From Octopus bimaculoides (lineage: Eukaryota), in assembly GCF_001194135.2 (NCBI RefSeq), contig NC_068998.1:43630487-43662841 (forward strand): DNA of 32,355 bases, given 5' to 3'. How positions within the stretch are numbered: the stretch's first letter is position 1; the number at the start of each line of letters is the position of its first letter. Under the pieces are notes generated by a model that worked only from the letters and a program-made list of their open reading frames with translations, made no database searches and was not told the DNA's origin. Shown piece after piece: positions 11,121 to 21,361 of this stretch. Made by a program: the position numbers and the translations under genes.

Positions 11121-11416
11121 TATAACTCATTTGAATTTATTTTACCTAGAAATTATGAACGAAAGTTAAGGTTGATTGCAGCAGATATCGAATCCAGAAA
11201 ACAGTAAAATAAAACTAAACACAGTAAAGTTTTAAATTTGAAAGTCTGCAGGTTTGCTTATTTGTGTGCCTGCCTAAGTCAGTCACAATTATAATGTTTG
11301 GCAGAGGGAGAAAGTACTGTGAATCCATTGAACCTAAGTATAATACTGGTATATCAACATTTTCTTAGCCAGTCCAAAGAATGAAGAATTTTGTTGATTC
11401 TCACTCAGTTTGAAAT

Positions 11417-11492
11417 CTAATCGACTGCCCCCCCCCTTCCCACAAGATTTCATGCCTTGTGCCTATAGTAGAAAAGATTATTATTATCATTA

Positions 11493-11546
<54 letters not shown>

Positions 11547-11570
11547 GTAGTAGTAGTAGTAGTAGTAGTA
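11417..11570 (+). mobile_element. Family B (beta-type) 3' end with long (ATT)n(AGT)n tail
   Basis: CTAATCGACT..CCCC..GCCTTGTGCCTATAGTAGAAAAGATT(ATT)n, as at 15430-15508. Confidence 0.75.
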
Positions 11571-11575
11571 AGGTA

Positions 11576-11787
11576 GCAAGCTGGCTGATTCATTAACAGG
11601 TCCGGTAAAATGCTTAGCAGCATTTCATTCATTATGCTCCAAGTTCAAAATCTGCTGAGGTCAGCTTTGCCTTTCAGCCCTTGAGGGTCATTAAAATAAG
11701 TCCCAGTTGAGCATTGGGGGGGGGAGCAATCAACTTTCCCCTTCACCCATTAATGCCGGCCTTCTTCTCAAATTTTGGATCCATTAT
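11576..11787 (+). mobile_element. Family B SINE, diverged
   Basis: AAATGCTTAGC, AAGTTCAAAAT and CTTTGCCTTTCA motifs in the B order. Confidence 0.75.
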
Positions 11788-11930
11788 TCCTTTTATTCAT
11801 CATGTAAAAGTACATGTGTATTCATCATTATTTTATTTATTTTAGTCAAATTTTAGTTGAAATATGTCTGGGATAATTCCGGAACATGTTGAACTTCTTT
11901 TGTGAATTATTTTTGGTCCACCCTGTACAT

Positions 11931-12331
11931 TACTCTTTTACTTGTTTCAGTCATTTGACTGTGGCCATGCTGGAGCATCGCCTTTTAGTCGAGCACATCA
12001 ACCCCAGGACTTATTCTTTGTAAGCCTAGTACTTATTCTATCGGTCTCTTTTGCCGAACCGCTAAGTTATGGGGACGTAAGCACACCACCATCAGTTGTC
12101 AAGCGATGCTGGGGGGACACACACACAGACACACAAATATATACACACACATACATATATTTATATATATATATATACGACGGGCTTCTTTCAGTTTCCG
12201 TCTACTAAATCTACTCACAAGGCTTTGGTCGGCCTGAGGCTATAGTAAAAGACACTTGCCAAAGGTGCCACACAGTGGGAATGAACCCAAACCATGTGGT
12301 TGGTAAGCAAGCTACTTACCACACAGCCACT
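11931..12331 (-). mobile_element. Family A SINE, near full length (about 400 bp); probably one of the published Octopus OK/OR1/OR2 SINE families, but I cannot assign which
   Basis: tRNA-like head (TGGCTGTGTGG box), CORE-like GGCACCTTTGGCAAGTGTCTT, internal (TA)n(TG)n tract, 3' GAAACAAGTAAAAGAGTA. Confidence 0.9.
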
Positions 12332-12479
12332 TAAAAATGTTGCATGTGTTGTACACTGGATTAAGTACAAACCATCTGTATTTACCCTTCTTATATATTT
12401 TTTTTATCTGTAAACATTGCCATACAAATATTTCAGCTAGGCATTAACTTCACTGATCTCACCAATGCCGGAAATGTTC

Positions 12480-12690
12480 TTACAGGGAGCTCAAATTGCT
12501 AGGAATAGCAACTAAATTTCCCTCAGACCACATCCTGCTCTCAACCATTTAAGAAAAAGGCGAGATCAGCAAATGTGATCCTGTATTTTTTGCATACAGG
12601 GAATATATGAGATGGTGGGACGATTACAGCTGAAACAACTTTCATGGCAGTTTTACTTTATCAGGGCTGACCAGGGGCTAAGCAACGACC
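12480..12690 (+). mobile_element. Family E unclassified interspersed repeat, copy 1
   Basis: Shares TGCTAG(G/A)AATA..AAC..TCCCTCA and GG.TGACC.GGGGCTAA with 12700-12903 and 21362-21570. Confidence 0.55.
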
Positions 12691-12699
12691 ACAGCCTGT

Positions 12700-12903
12700 A
12701 TGCTTCTATATGATCACCCAGCATGCTAGAAATAACAACACCTTTCCCTCAAACAACACCTTACCATTCTTACTGTACAAAGAATCCGCTGGATATTATC
12801 TAAAAAACCGAAACAGCAACAAAATAAAATTAAGATGGTCACAACCTGAATTTCTTCAATCATTAATCTGTTTCGTTATGGTTGACCTGGGGCTAAATAA
12901 CGA
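12700..12903 (+). mobile_element. Family E repeat, copy 2 (tandem to copy 1)
   Basis: Same motifs as copy 1. Confidence 0.55.
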
Positions 12904-13940
12904 CAGGTGACCAGTAAGGGGATACAGCCATAGTACATCCCCCTGTACCCATAAAAAAATGTGATTTCTTTCACAACACTCTTACAGGATTCTACTGCGA
13001 GGACTATGTTCACTGCATTAAAAGCATGATAATCATTAAAAGCATGACAGCTATACATTAAATACATGAAGAACAACAATTTATATAATAGGCTTCCTGG
13101 TATATCTAAACATGAAATCTTCAGCCCATGGCTAAGGCGTACAAGGGAAGTAATTCATCTTACAAATATTACTTTTTATTTTTCTTTTCAAAGGGAGGCA
13201 ATTTAGTCTCCTTGAAAATCTCTTTACTGACAGGTCATTTCATGCATGATTCGTTTTAGATAAAGGTGGGAGACGTAACCAAAAAAGAATTAATGACTGA
13301 CAAACTGAATTTCATAAAGCGAAATTTGAGAGTAACGACTATGAGTTGAGAAATGTGGCGGAAGAGTAATGAATCCAAGCATTGAAGAAAGAGCTTGGTT
13401 GAGTAGTTGAGAAGTTGGTGGGGGCACTTGGAAAAAAATTAGATAACTTAATAATCGTTTGTGATGTGGATGTTCTTCCCTCCAAGTCCCAGGTTCAATA
13501 TCGAGTATATTCCATGAGATATTTAGTTACAGTTTTTTTTCTTCATTTTTTTGAATTTTATTTTTTTCACTTTCATATTGCTGCGTGTTATTTCCCAGTA
13601 ATAATAAAGTTATTCTTTCATCATCATCATCATCATCATCACCATATCACCATCATCATCATAATCATCATCAACATTTGTCAACTTTCCGTATCGCATG
13701 GGTTGGAAAGATCAACAAAGTTTGAGTCAGTTTTCATTCAGCAATACTACTACCTCTCTTGGGCAAGACAGAGGCCCTCTTCTTACTTGAATATTCCATT
13801 TTTTTGTCATATAATAAAGAATTTATTTTAAAATCTAATAAGGCTAACAGTAGTTTGTATCATTTACTGATTTGAACACAAGAGGCATATATAGCCACGC
13901 ACACTCACACACACACACAGACACATATATATATATATAA

Positions 13941-14168
13941 GGCGAGCTGGAAGAAACGTTAGCACGCCGGGCGAAATGCTTAGCGGTATTTCGTCTGCCG
14001 CTACGTTCTGAGTTCAAATTCCGCTGAGGTCGACTTTGCCTTTCATCCTTTCGGGGTCGATTAAATAAGTACCAGTTACGCACTGGGGTCGATATAATCG
14101 ACTTAATCTGTTTGTCTGTCTTTGTTTGTCCCCTCTGTGTGTAGCCCCTTGTGGGTAGTAAAAAAATA
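13941..14168 (+). mobile_element. Family B SINE (alpha-type), full length, CpG-rich and apparently young
   Basis: GGCGAGCTGG head, B-box-like GAGTTCAAATTC, 228 bp like 2561-2788, sitting in an (AC)n(AT)n tract. Confidence 0.9.
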
Positions 14169-14536
14169 ACACACACACACACATATATATATATATACAC
14201 ACACACAGAAAGGTGAAAAAATACATGTATACACACATACATACATACATACACAATCACAGATATATATATATATATACATATACAAAATGTATAACTA
14301 TATGAATATAATTATAAGGGCACTAATGAGTAGCGCCACATGCTAGAAATAGATGCTAAATGGCTGTAAAAAACCATATTATTTACCCCTTTAGCATGAG
14401 CTGGAACTAAGGGAAGTTAACAAAAAAGGTTTTCTATAAAAAAGGGTTTAACCATAGATCGATTTCTAGTCTACAGACTTTACTGTCATCAGTATAGTAT
14501 AACTCAGTGTACATAATTATAAACGTTTATATATTT

Positions 14537-14911
14537 GGTAAGTAGCTTGCTTCCCAACCACATGGTTCCAGGTTCAGTCCCACTGCATGGCACCTTGGGG
14601 AAGTCTCTTCTACTATAGCCTTGGGCCTACCAGGGCCTTGTGAGTGGATTTAGTAGATAGAAACTCAAAGAAGCCCATCATATATGTGTGTGTGTGTGTG
14701 TGTGTCTTTGTGTGTCCATGTTTGTTCACCCCACTATTGCTTCACAACAGATGTTGGTGTGTTTACGTATCCATAACTTAGCAGGTTGGCAAAAGAGACC
14801 GATAGAATAAGTACTAGGGTTACAAAGAATAAGTCCTGGGGTCGATTTGCTCGACTAAAGGCAGTGCTCCAGCATGGCCACAGTCAAATGGCTGAAACAA
14901 GTAAAAGAATA
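14537..14911 (+). mobile_element. Family A SINE, near full length
   Basis: Colinear with the reverse complement of 11931-12331. Confidence 0.9.
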
Positions 14912-15278
14912 TCTCTGCGCGCGTGCGCGCGCACACACACATGCATATAAATTTGAACATGTATACATATATATATATATATTCACATGCACACTCACAC
15001 ACACACATCTATATAGGAATATACACATATCCACTGAGATGCTATATCTTTCAAAACTTCCATCTCTCTTTAAATCCACTCACACTATTCCTCATGTGCC
15101 TATACACCCCTCCCTCTTTCTGGCTCTTTTACTCATAATTTTTCTGTCATTTACTGTTATATCCAGTGTACCGTTTTTACTGTCTTTCTTTATTTGAGTT
15201 TTTGCATATTTTGTCCCCCCTCTGTCACCTTGAACTGCTGTGTTGAAATGCACTGCATACAGTAAGCTCATTATTATT

Positions 15279-15508
15279 CGAGCTGGCAGAATCATTAGCA
15301 CACCAGGTGAAATGCTTAGCGGCATTTCGTCTGTCTTTACGTTCTGAGTTCAAATTCCGCTGAGGTCGACTTCAACTTTCATCCTTTTGGGGTCGATAAA
15401 TTAAGTAGCAGTTGTGGCCTGGGGTCGATCTAATCGACTTACCCCCTGCCCCAAAATTTTGGATGTTGTGCCTAGAGTAGAAAAGATTATTATTATTATT
15501 ATTATTAT
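15279..15508 (+). mobile_element. Family B SINE (beta-type) with (ATT)n tail
   Basis: Head and body match 13941-14100; 3' end differs. Confidence 0.85.
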
Positions 15509-15509
15509 T

Positions 15510-15610
15510 TTCCTTTCAGAGTCGATAACATAAGTCCCAGTTGAGCACTGGTGTCAATATAATCAACTTAACCACCCAAAATTGCTGGCCTTGTTCAAAA
15601 ATTTGAAATT
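15510..15610 (+). mobile_element. Family B 3' half
   Basis: GAGTCGATAACATAAGTCCCAGTTGAGCACTGG...AAATTGCTGGCCTTG. Confidence 0.7.
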
Positions 15611-15611
15611 C

Positions 15612-15830
15612 GTTGAGCTAGCAGAACTGTTAGCATGCTGGACAAAATGAAATGCTTAGTGGGTATTTCACCTGCATTTATGTTCAGAGTTCAAATTCGG
15701 GTGAGGTCGACTTTGCCTTTCATCCTTTCAGGGTCGATGAATTAAGTACCAGTGAAATGCTGGGGTCGATATTATTGTCTAGTCCTTTCCCTCAAAAAAC
15801 TTCAGGCCTTGTGCTTTTAGGAGAGAGGAT
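15612..15830 (+). mobile_element. Family B SINE (beta-type)
   Basis: GAGTTCAAATTC, GAGGTCGACTTTGCCTTTCATCCTTTC and GGGGTCGAT motifs. Confidence 0.85.
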
Positions 15831-15838
15831 TTATTATT

Positions 15839-16384
15839 GAGTGAGTGAGCAGCACATGCCATCAAAGTGATGCTAGGATACAAATATACGAAACTCAATA
15901 TACCCATCATGACTACCAGTCTGTTAAGGGTGCATCAGGCACATGCATCACATTCATATGTGCACGACATGGTGATCTCATATCAAGCTAACCAGCACAA
16001 TACGTTGCAGGTGGGGCCCAGTTAGAATTTTCTTCAGGTTGAGTAGCCCATCACAAACCTGACCAAGATTTATTTGAAGATGAAGAATGAAACACACGTG
16101 TTTCCAGAGGCGAATTATTCAAACCCCAAAGAATTCCTCTCAACACATGGCTATGATGCTCCCCCACTACTTCTGCTCATGATCCGAGATGCACGTATTG
16201 TCAGCCACTAAGGGACATGCTCAACTGGTTAAGATCAAGTGAATGACAAGCAAATCTGTGGTATTGAGCAGAATATTTGCTGTAGCCCATCTTTTATACT
16301 AAGACAAAACAATATACATGATAACACTTCCAATCAGTTAAGAGGAGAAGCCATGAGAGCCACTGCCTGGTACTGCATCAGGGA
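15839..16384 (-). mobile_element. Family G, 546-bp unclassified non-coding insertion flanked by the direct repeat ATTTATTATT
   Basis: Higher-GC, ORF-less block. ATTTATTATT occurs at 15829-15838 and 16385-16394. Strand is inferred from the (AAT)n tail. Confidence 0.6.
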
Positions 16385-16512
16385 ATTTATTATTATTATT
16401 ATTACTGTTATCATTATCCACTTCTTTCAATTTTATTTCCATCTCTTGCCTAGTGTCTTCCCAACACCTAGGGCAAAGAAACTAATTGTATACACTGGCA
16501 GACCATCAAAAT

Positions 16513-16584
16513 TATCATCATTATTATTACTATCATTATCATCATTATTGTTACTATTATTATTATCATTACTATTACTATTAC

Positions 16585-16621
<37 letters not shown>

Positions 16622-16643
16622 GCTATTATTATTATTATTATTA
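16513..16643. repeat. (ATT/ATC/ACT)n tract, tail of family D copy 2
   Basis: Direct. Confidence 0.9.
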
Positions 16644-16743
16644 TTCAGTAGTCTTATTTTTATCACTCAGTGCTGTCACTGCACTACCAAGTGCAGCTCT
16701 GTGTGCCTTGGGTATGTGCTGTGGTTTGTTGTGATGCTCTTAT
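16644..16743 (-). mobile_element. R4/Dong-like LINE, 3' UTR-only fragment (family D, copy 2)
   Basis: Aligns with 882-978, including GCAGCTCTGTGTGCCTTGGGTATGTGCTGTGGTTTG. Confidence 0.85.
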
Positions 16744-17021
16744 TTAGGTTGATTGCAGCAGATATCGAATCCAGAAAACAGTAATACAAAACTAAATACA
16801 GTAAAGTTTTTAATTTGAAAGTCTGTAGGTTTGTTGATTCACTACCTTATTTCTGTGCCTTCCTAAGTCAGTTACAAAACCATTGGTTTTGCTCTTATTA
16901 TATGCTCTTAACAATATAGAAAACTCACCAGACCTGATGGCTGAAGGCACATAATGTCTGTAATATTGGAGGTAGAAATACAGGCTTGGTCAATCAGGGT
17001 TGTGATAAATACATTTTCTAT

Positions 17022-17241
17022 TCAAGAGGGTGCTGAAAAGTTCTTGGCTTTAATGGTGTCATGAAGGGCCTGGCTGGAGGCCCAACCTACTGAGTTTTTA
17101 TACGAGGTTTAAAAAAAACTGAAGGACCACTGCAAATAAGTGTGTGAATCTGGGAAGGGAATATGATGGATAAAATCATAATTAACTAATCCTCCTGTAT
17201 TTTCTTTTACTCAAAACCCAGAATTTCCAACACCGCTTTGT
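17022..17241 (+). mobile_element. Mariner-derived MITE or internal-deletion derivative
   Basis: Imperfect TIRs (17023-17050 versus 17214-17241). Internal 17115-17173 reads KLKDHC(fs)NKCVNLGREYDG*, resembling the mariner transposase C-terminus KL..RW.KC....G.YVE*. Confidence 0.65.
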
Positions 17242-17250
17242 GTGTGGGTG

Positions 17251-17350
17251 NNNNNNNNNNNNNNNNNNNNNNNNNNNNNNNNNNNNNNNNNNNNNNNNNN
17301 NNNNNNNNNNNNNNNNNNNNNNNNNNNNNNNNNNNNNNNNNNNNNNNNNN
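17251..17350. other. Assembly gap (exactly 100 N, size probably unknown)
   Basis: N run. Confidence 1.
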
Positions 17351-17552
17351 CCCCCCCCCATCATTTGACAACTGATGCTGGTGTGTTTATCTCCCCGTAG
17401 CTTAGCGATTCAGCAAGAGAGACTGATAGAATAAATACAAGGCTTACAAAGAGTAAGTCCTGGGATCGACTTCTTCCACTAAAAAACTCTTAAAAGCGGT
17501 GCTCCATTATGGCCACAGTCAAAAGACTGAAACATATAAAAGAATAAAAGAA
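17351..17552 (+). mobile_element. Family A SINE, 3' half after the gap
   Basis: TTGACAACTGATGCTGGTGTGTTTA...GGCTTACAAAGA...ATGGCCACAGTCAAAAGACTGAAAC. Confidence 0.85.
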
Positions 17553-18389
17553 TGTGTGTGCACGCGCGCACGCGCAGCTACATATACATCTATACACACA
17601 TTCACATATATTTGTGTGCCTTGTGTGTCAAACTGGCCCCTTGCAATAATGCCACTACCTCTCTGATTCCCAGGAAGATTCCCTAATCTTAGTTTTAAAT
17701 GCAAGTGTTATGGAGTTATGAAGTGTTATGAAGTGTTAGAGCAAGTGCTATGAAGATTTATGGAAAGCCTGGCACGAACAGCTGTGAGGTGGGAACGAAC
17801 CTAAGATCTTAATGTTGTGAACCAAACTTTTAACCTGCGACCAAATAATACGTGAACACATGCACACGCATTTACACTCACAAGATGCACTAATACTCAC
17901 ACAAATACACACGGATCTATGCATCTATGAACATACGAGTGAATGAGTGTGCATGCAAACACACGCAGTCACACAAAGACAGATACACTTTATTGCACAT
18001 AAAGTTACTCAATCTGTCATCCATAAATACATATACAGATGCAATAATAGTTTACGTATTTTTAAAACTCCTGTTGAGTAATTGAAATATATTCTCCAGT
18101 ATGTATATTTAAAAGGAACAGAGACAAAACAGAAGAATAATAATAATCCAAAAACAAAAAGAAAAAAAAAACAAAAGAGCACTCACAAAAAAACAAAACA
18201 GATTTAAATAATATATATCTATATAAAACAATCTACACAGGAAATTCGTCTAGAAATTCCTAAATGGAAAGAAATACAGAAAAAAAAAAATATATAAATG
18301 GAATTTAGACTAAAGGACGAATGTGTTTTGAGGGTCATTTAACATTTATAATGTTAACTTTTCCACATATATCTCTTGCAGTTTATTAG

Positions 18390-18593
18390 TTTCTATATTA
18401 TTATCATTATTATTGTTGCTGTTATTGTCGTCATCATCGTCATCATCATCATCACCACGGCCACCACCATCGACATCATCATCATCATCATCATTATCAT
18501 CATCATCATAAGCATCACCATCAACATTGCTGCTATCACTATTATCATTGTTGTTGTTGTTACTATCATTATTATTATTATTATTATTATTAT

Positions 18594-18628
<35 letters not shown>

Positions 18629-18830
18629 CTGCCATTGCTATTATTTTTACTGTTCAAAATCATTCTTCTTATTATTACATTAGAGATTATTGTTGCTGTT
18701 ATCATCATCATTATTATTATTATTATTATTATTATTACTAATATCATTATTATTATTATTATTATTATCATTATTATTATTATTATTATTATCATCATTA
18801 TTATTATTATTATTATTATTATTACTAATA

Positions 18831-18864
<34 letters not shown>

Positions 18865-18900
18865 TAATATCATTATTATTATTATTGTTGTTGTTATTAT
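18390..18900. repeat. Compound (ATT/ATC/GTT/AGT)n tract of about 500 bp
   Basis: Direct. Confidence 0.95.
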
Positions 18901-19628
18901 CCTCATCGGTGTTTTAGAATAATTCATCTATTAGTTAGTTAGGTGGGATTTTTCTTTCTTTTGCTGTAATTTTTCTTCTTTACTTGTTATTTTTCTTATT
19001 TTTCTTTTTTTATTTTTTTACCTTCTTTGTGAGAAGAATCTCCGCTAAAACGTATCCATATAACTTATCTAGCTGTGACTGAAAGTTTTCTTTCATTCTC
19101 ATTATTATTTAAAAATTCTTTCATTTATTATTTTTTTTTCCTTTTTTTTTTCCCCCCTCAAATCTTTCAAACTTATATTTTAATGCTCTCTTTTAGTATT
19201 CAGCTCGGTTCTTAAATTTCAAATCAGTTTCACTTACAATTTAAATTTTCTAGATAATTAAACTCATCTTTCACAGAAAATTTTTGTGGGGGGACATTTT
19301 TGTATAATGGTGAGTAATTCACTCTTTTTTTAATTCGCCACATTTTCTTTCAAATAGTTCCAATCATATTGCAATAACTCATCACAAGAATTTAGACATG
19401 TAATTTCCACTTAAATTGCGAAATACTGGGTGGGTTATTATTTTTTTTTTAATGTTATTTTTATTTCTATTTATTTATTCATGTTCTTATTGAGGTTGCT
19501 CATAATACAAAAATCTGTATATTTGTTTTATCATCTCTCTATACTTGTAGGAATATAAATGTGGATACATTATATATAAACAAACACACACCTATCTATC
19601 TATCTATCTATCTATCATTATATCTATA

Positions 19629-19699
<71 letters not shown>

Positions 19700-20039
19700 N
19701 NNNNNNNNNNNNNNNNNNNNNNNNNNNNNNNNNNNNNNNNNNNNNNNNNNNNNNNNNNNNNNNNNNNNNNNNNNNNNNNNNNNNNNNNNNNNNNNNNNNN
19801 NNNNNNNNNNNNNNNNNNNNNNNNNNNNNNNNNNNNNNNNNNNNNNNNNNNNNNNNNNNNNNNNNNNNNNNNNNNNNNNNNNNNNNNNNNNNNNNNNNNN
19901 NNNNNNNNNNNNNNNNNNNNNNNNNNNNNNNNNNNNNNNNNNNNNNNNNNNNNNNNNNNNNNNNNNNNNNNNNNNNNNNNNNNNNNNNNNNNNNNNNNNN
20001 NNNNNNNNNNNNNNNNNNNNNNNNNNNNNNNNNNNNNNN
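19700..20039. other. Assembly gap (N run)
   Basis: N run inside (TA)n. Confidence 1.
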
Positions 20040-20449
20040 TATATATATACATACATATATATTTATATATACATACATATATATTTATATATAGATACAC
20101 ATATATACATATAAAGATAGATTGACAGTTGTGGAAGAAATAGGTTTTACAATAATTCCACACATGGATTCCTTTTCACCATGGTAAAACAAACATTAAA
20201 TTAACTAACAAACCAATTCACATACACACACACATGCACGCACGCACACTCTCATGCATGTGTGTGTGCACATGCGTACATGTGAAAATACTTGTCTGAA
20301 AACGTAAGTGAATTGTCATAACTAACACATTACGATGATCATAAGAATCTCAGAAGGCAATATCAAATATCAAGAGAGCCAAGAAAGGCCATTATTATTA
20401 AACAATTAGCAACAATCAACAGTTGCCCGAAGGTTGTTTATGGAAGACC

Positions 20450-20690
20450 AGCAGTCATCCATCCATACCAGCCTCTCCTCTCTATGCCACCGATGTTAGC
20501 CAAGAAAAAGGCAAAGGCTGATACAGCATGTCACCAGTGATGCTGCAACTCATTTCTACAGCTGAGTGAACTGAAGTAACATGAAATAAAGTGTTTTGCT
20601 CAAGAACACAACACACAACCCGGTCCAGAAATTGAACTCACTACCTCATGACTGTGAGCCCGATGTGCTAACCACTGAGCCATGCACCTT
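20450..20690 (-). mobile_element. Family F-headed tRNA SINE
   Basis: Reverse complement has TGGCTCAGTGGTTAGC, GAGTTCAATTTC and GTGTTCTTGAGCAAAACACTTTATTTCA; 3' boundary uncertain. Confidence 0.75.
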
Positions 20691-20924
20691 CAGTATTACA
20701 GACATGTGATTAGAATGTCATAGAAAAGAACCACAAGAGGAATTCTCCAAGCCTTGCCAATTGACAGGAGACCTAGGATTAGGTCAAGAATGATTAGTTT
20801 GCGTTTAGGAATCCAGCTGCAAATTGTAATGACAGTTGCTTCTGATAGGAAACAACCTGTGGAAGAGGTGCCTGAGGATTCTACTTCAAGGACCCTCCCA
20901 GGATTGGTAAGCAGAGAAAATGGA

Positions 20925-21305
20925 TATGTGATAAGAAGCTTACTTCCCAACCACATGGCTCAGAGTTCAGTCCCAATGCATGGCACCTTGGTCAAGCGTT
21001 CTCTACAATAGTCTTGGGCCAGTCAAAGCCTTGTGAATGAATTTGGTTGACAGAACTCTGTGTGTGTGTGTGTGTGCGCGTGTGTGCCTGTGTTTGCCTG
21101 TGTTTGTCCCTACCACTGCTTGAAAATAACTGTTGGTGTGTTTACATCCCTGTAACTCAGCAGTTTGACACAAGAGACCGATGTAATAAGTACTAAGTAT
21201 AACAAATAAAATAAGTCAGTGGTTGTTTGTTCAACTAAAACGCTTCAAGGTGGTGCTCCAGCATGGCCACACTCAAATGACGGAAACAAGTAAAAGATAA
21301 AAGAC
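20925..21305 (+). mobile_element. Family A SINE, diverged, near full length
   Basis: Colinear with 14537-14911. Confidence 0.85.
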
Positions 21306-21361
21306 AGAAGATAAATAGATGAAGAAGAAAGTTCTAACACATTGGAAAATTGCCAGTAAGA

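Noticed and set aside
12977-13060. Acceptor-like CTTACAG followed by GFYCEDYVHC (EGF-like look) and a duplicated CATTAAAAGCATGA
   Set aside because: No good donor, the frame closes quickly, and the cysteine spacing is not a full EGF motif
14460-14500. Hammerhead ribozyme cores: CTGATGA on the minus strand at 14486-14492, 1840-1846 and 27905-27911, and on the plus strand at 28181 and 28252
   Set aside because: None is followed by a stem II plus GAAA in the required geometry. This was a by-eye search only; an Infernal scan would be decisive.
16239-16784. 181-aa ORF and the poly-I/L/N/Y ORFs at 16433-16734 and 18346-18927
   Set aside because: Read-through of element G and (ATT)n arrays; no domain-like content
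20754-21011. 85-aa ORF and possible exon 20809-20906 (TTTAG|...GATTG|GTAAGC)
   Set aside because: Weak pyrimidine tract, unrecognised peptide, an open frame on the opposite strand too, and it runs into a SINE; more likely a decayed repeat
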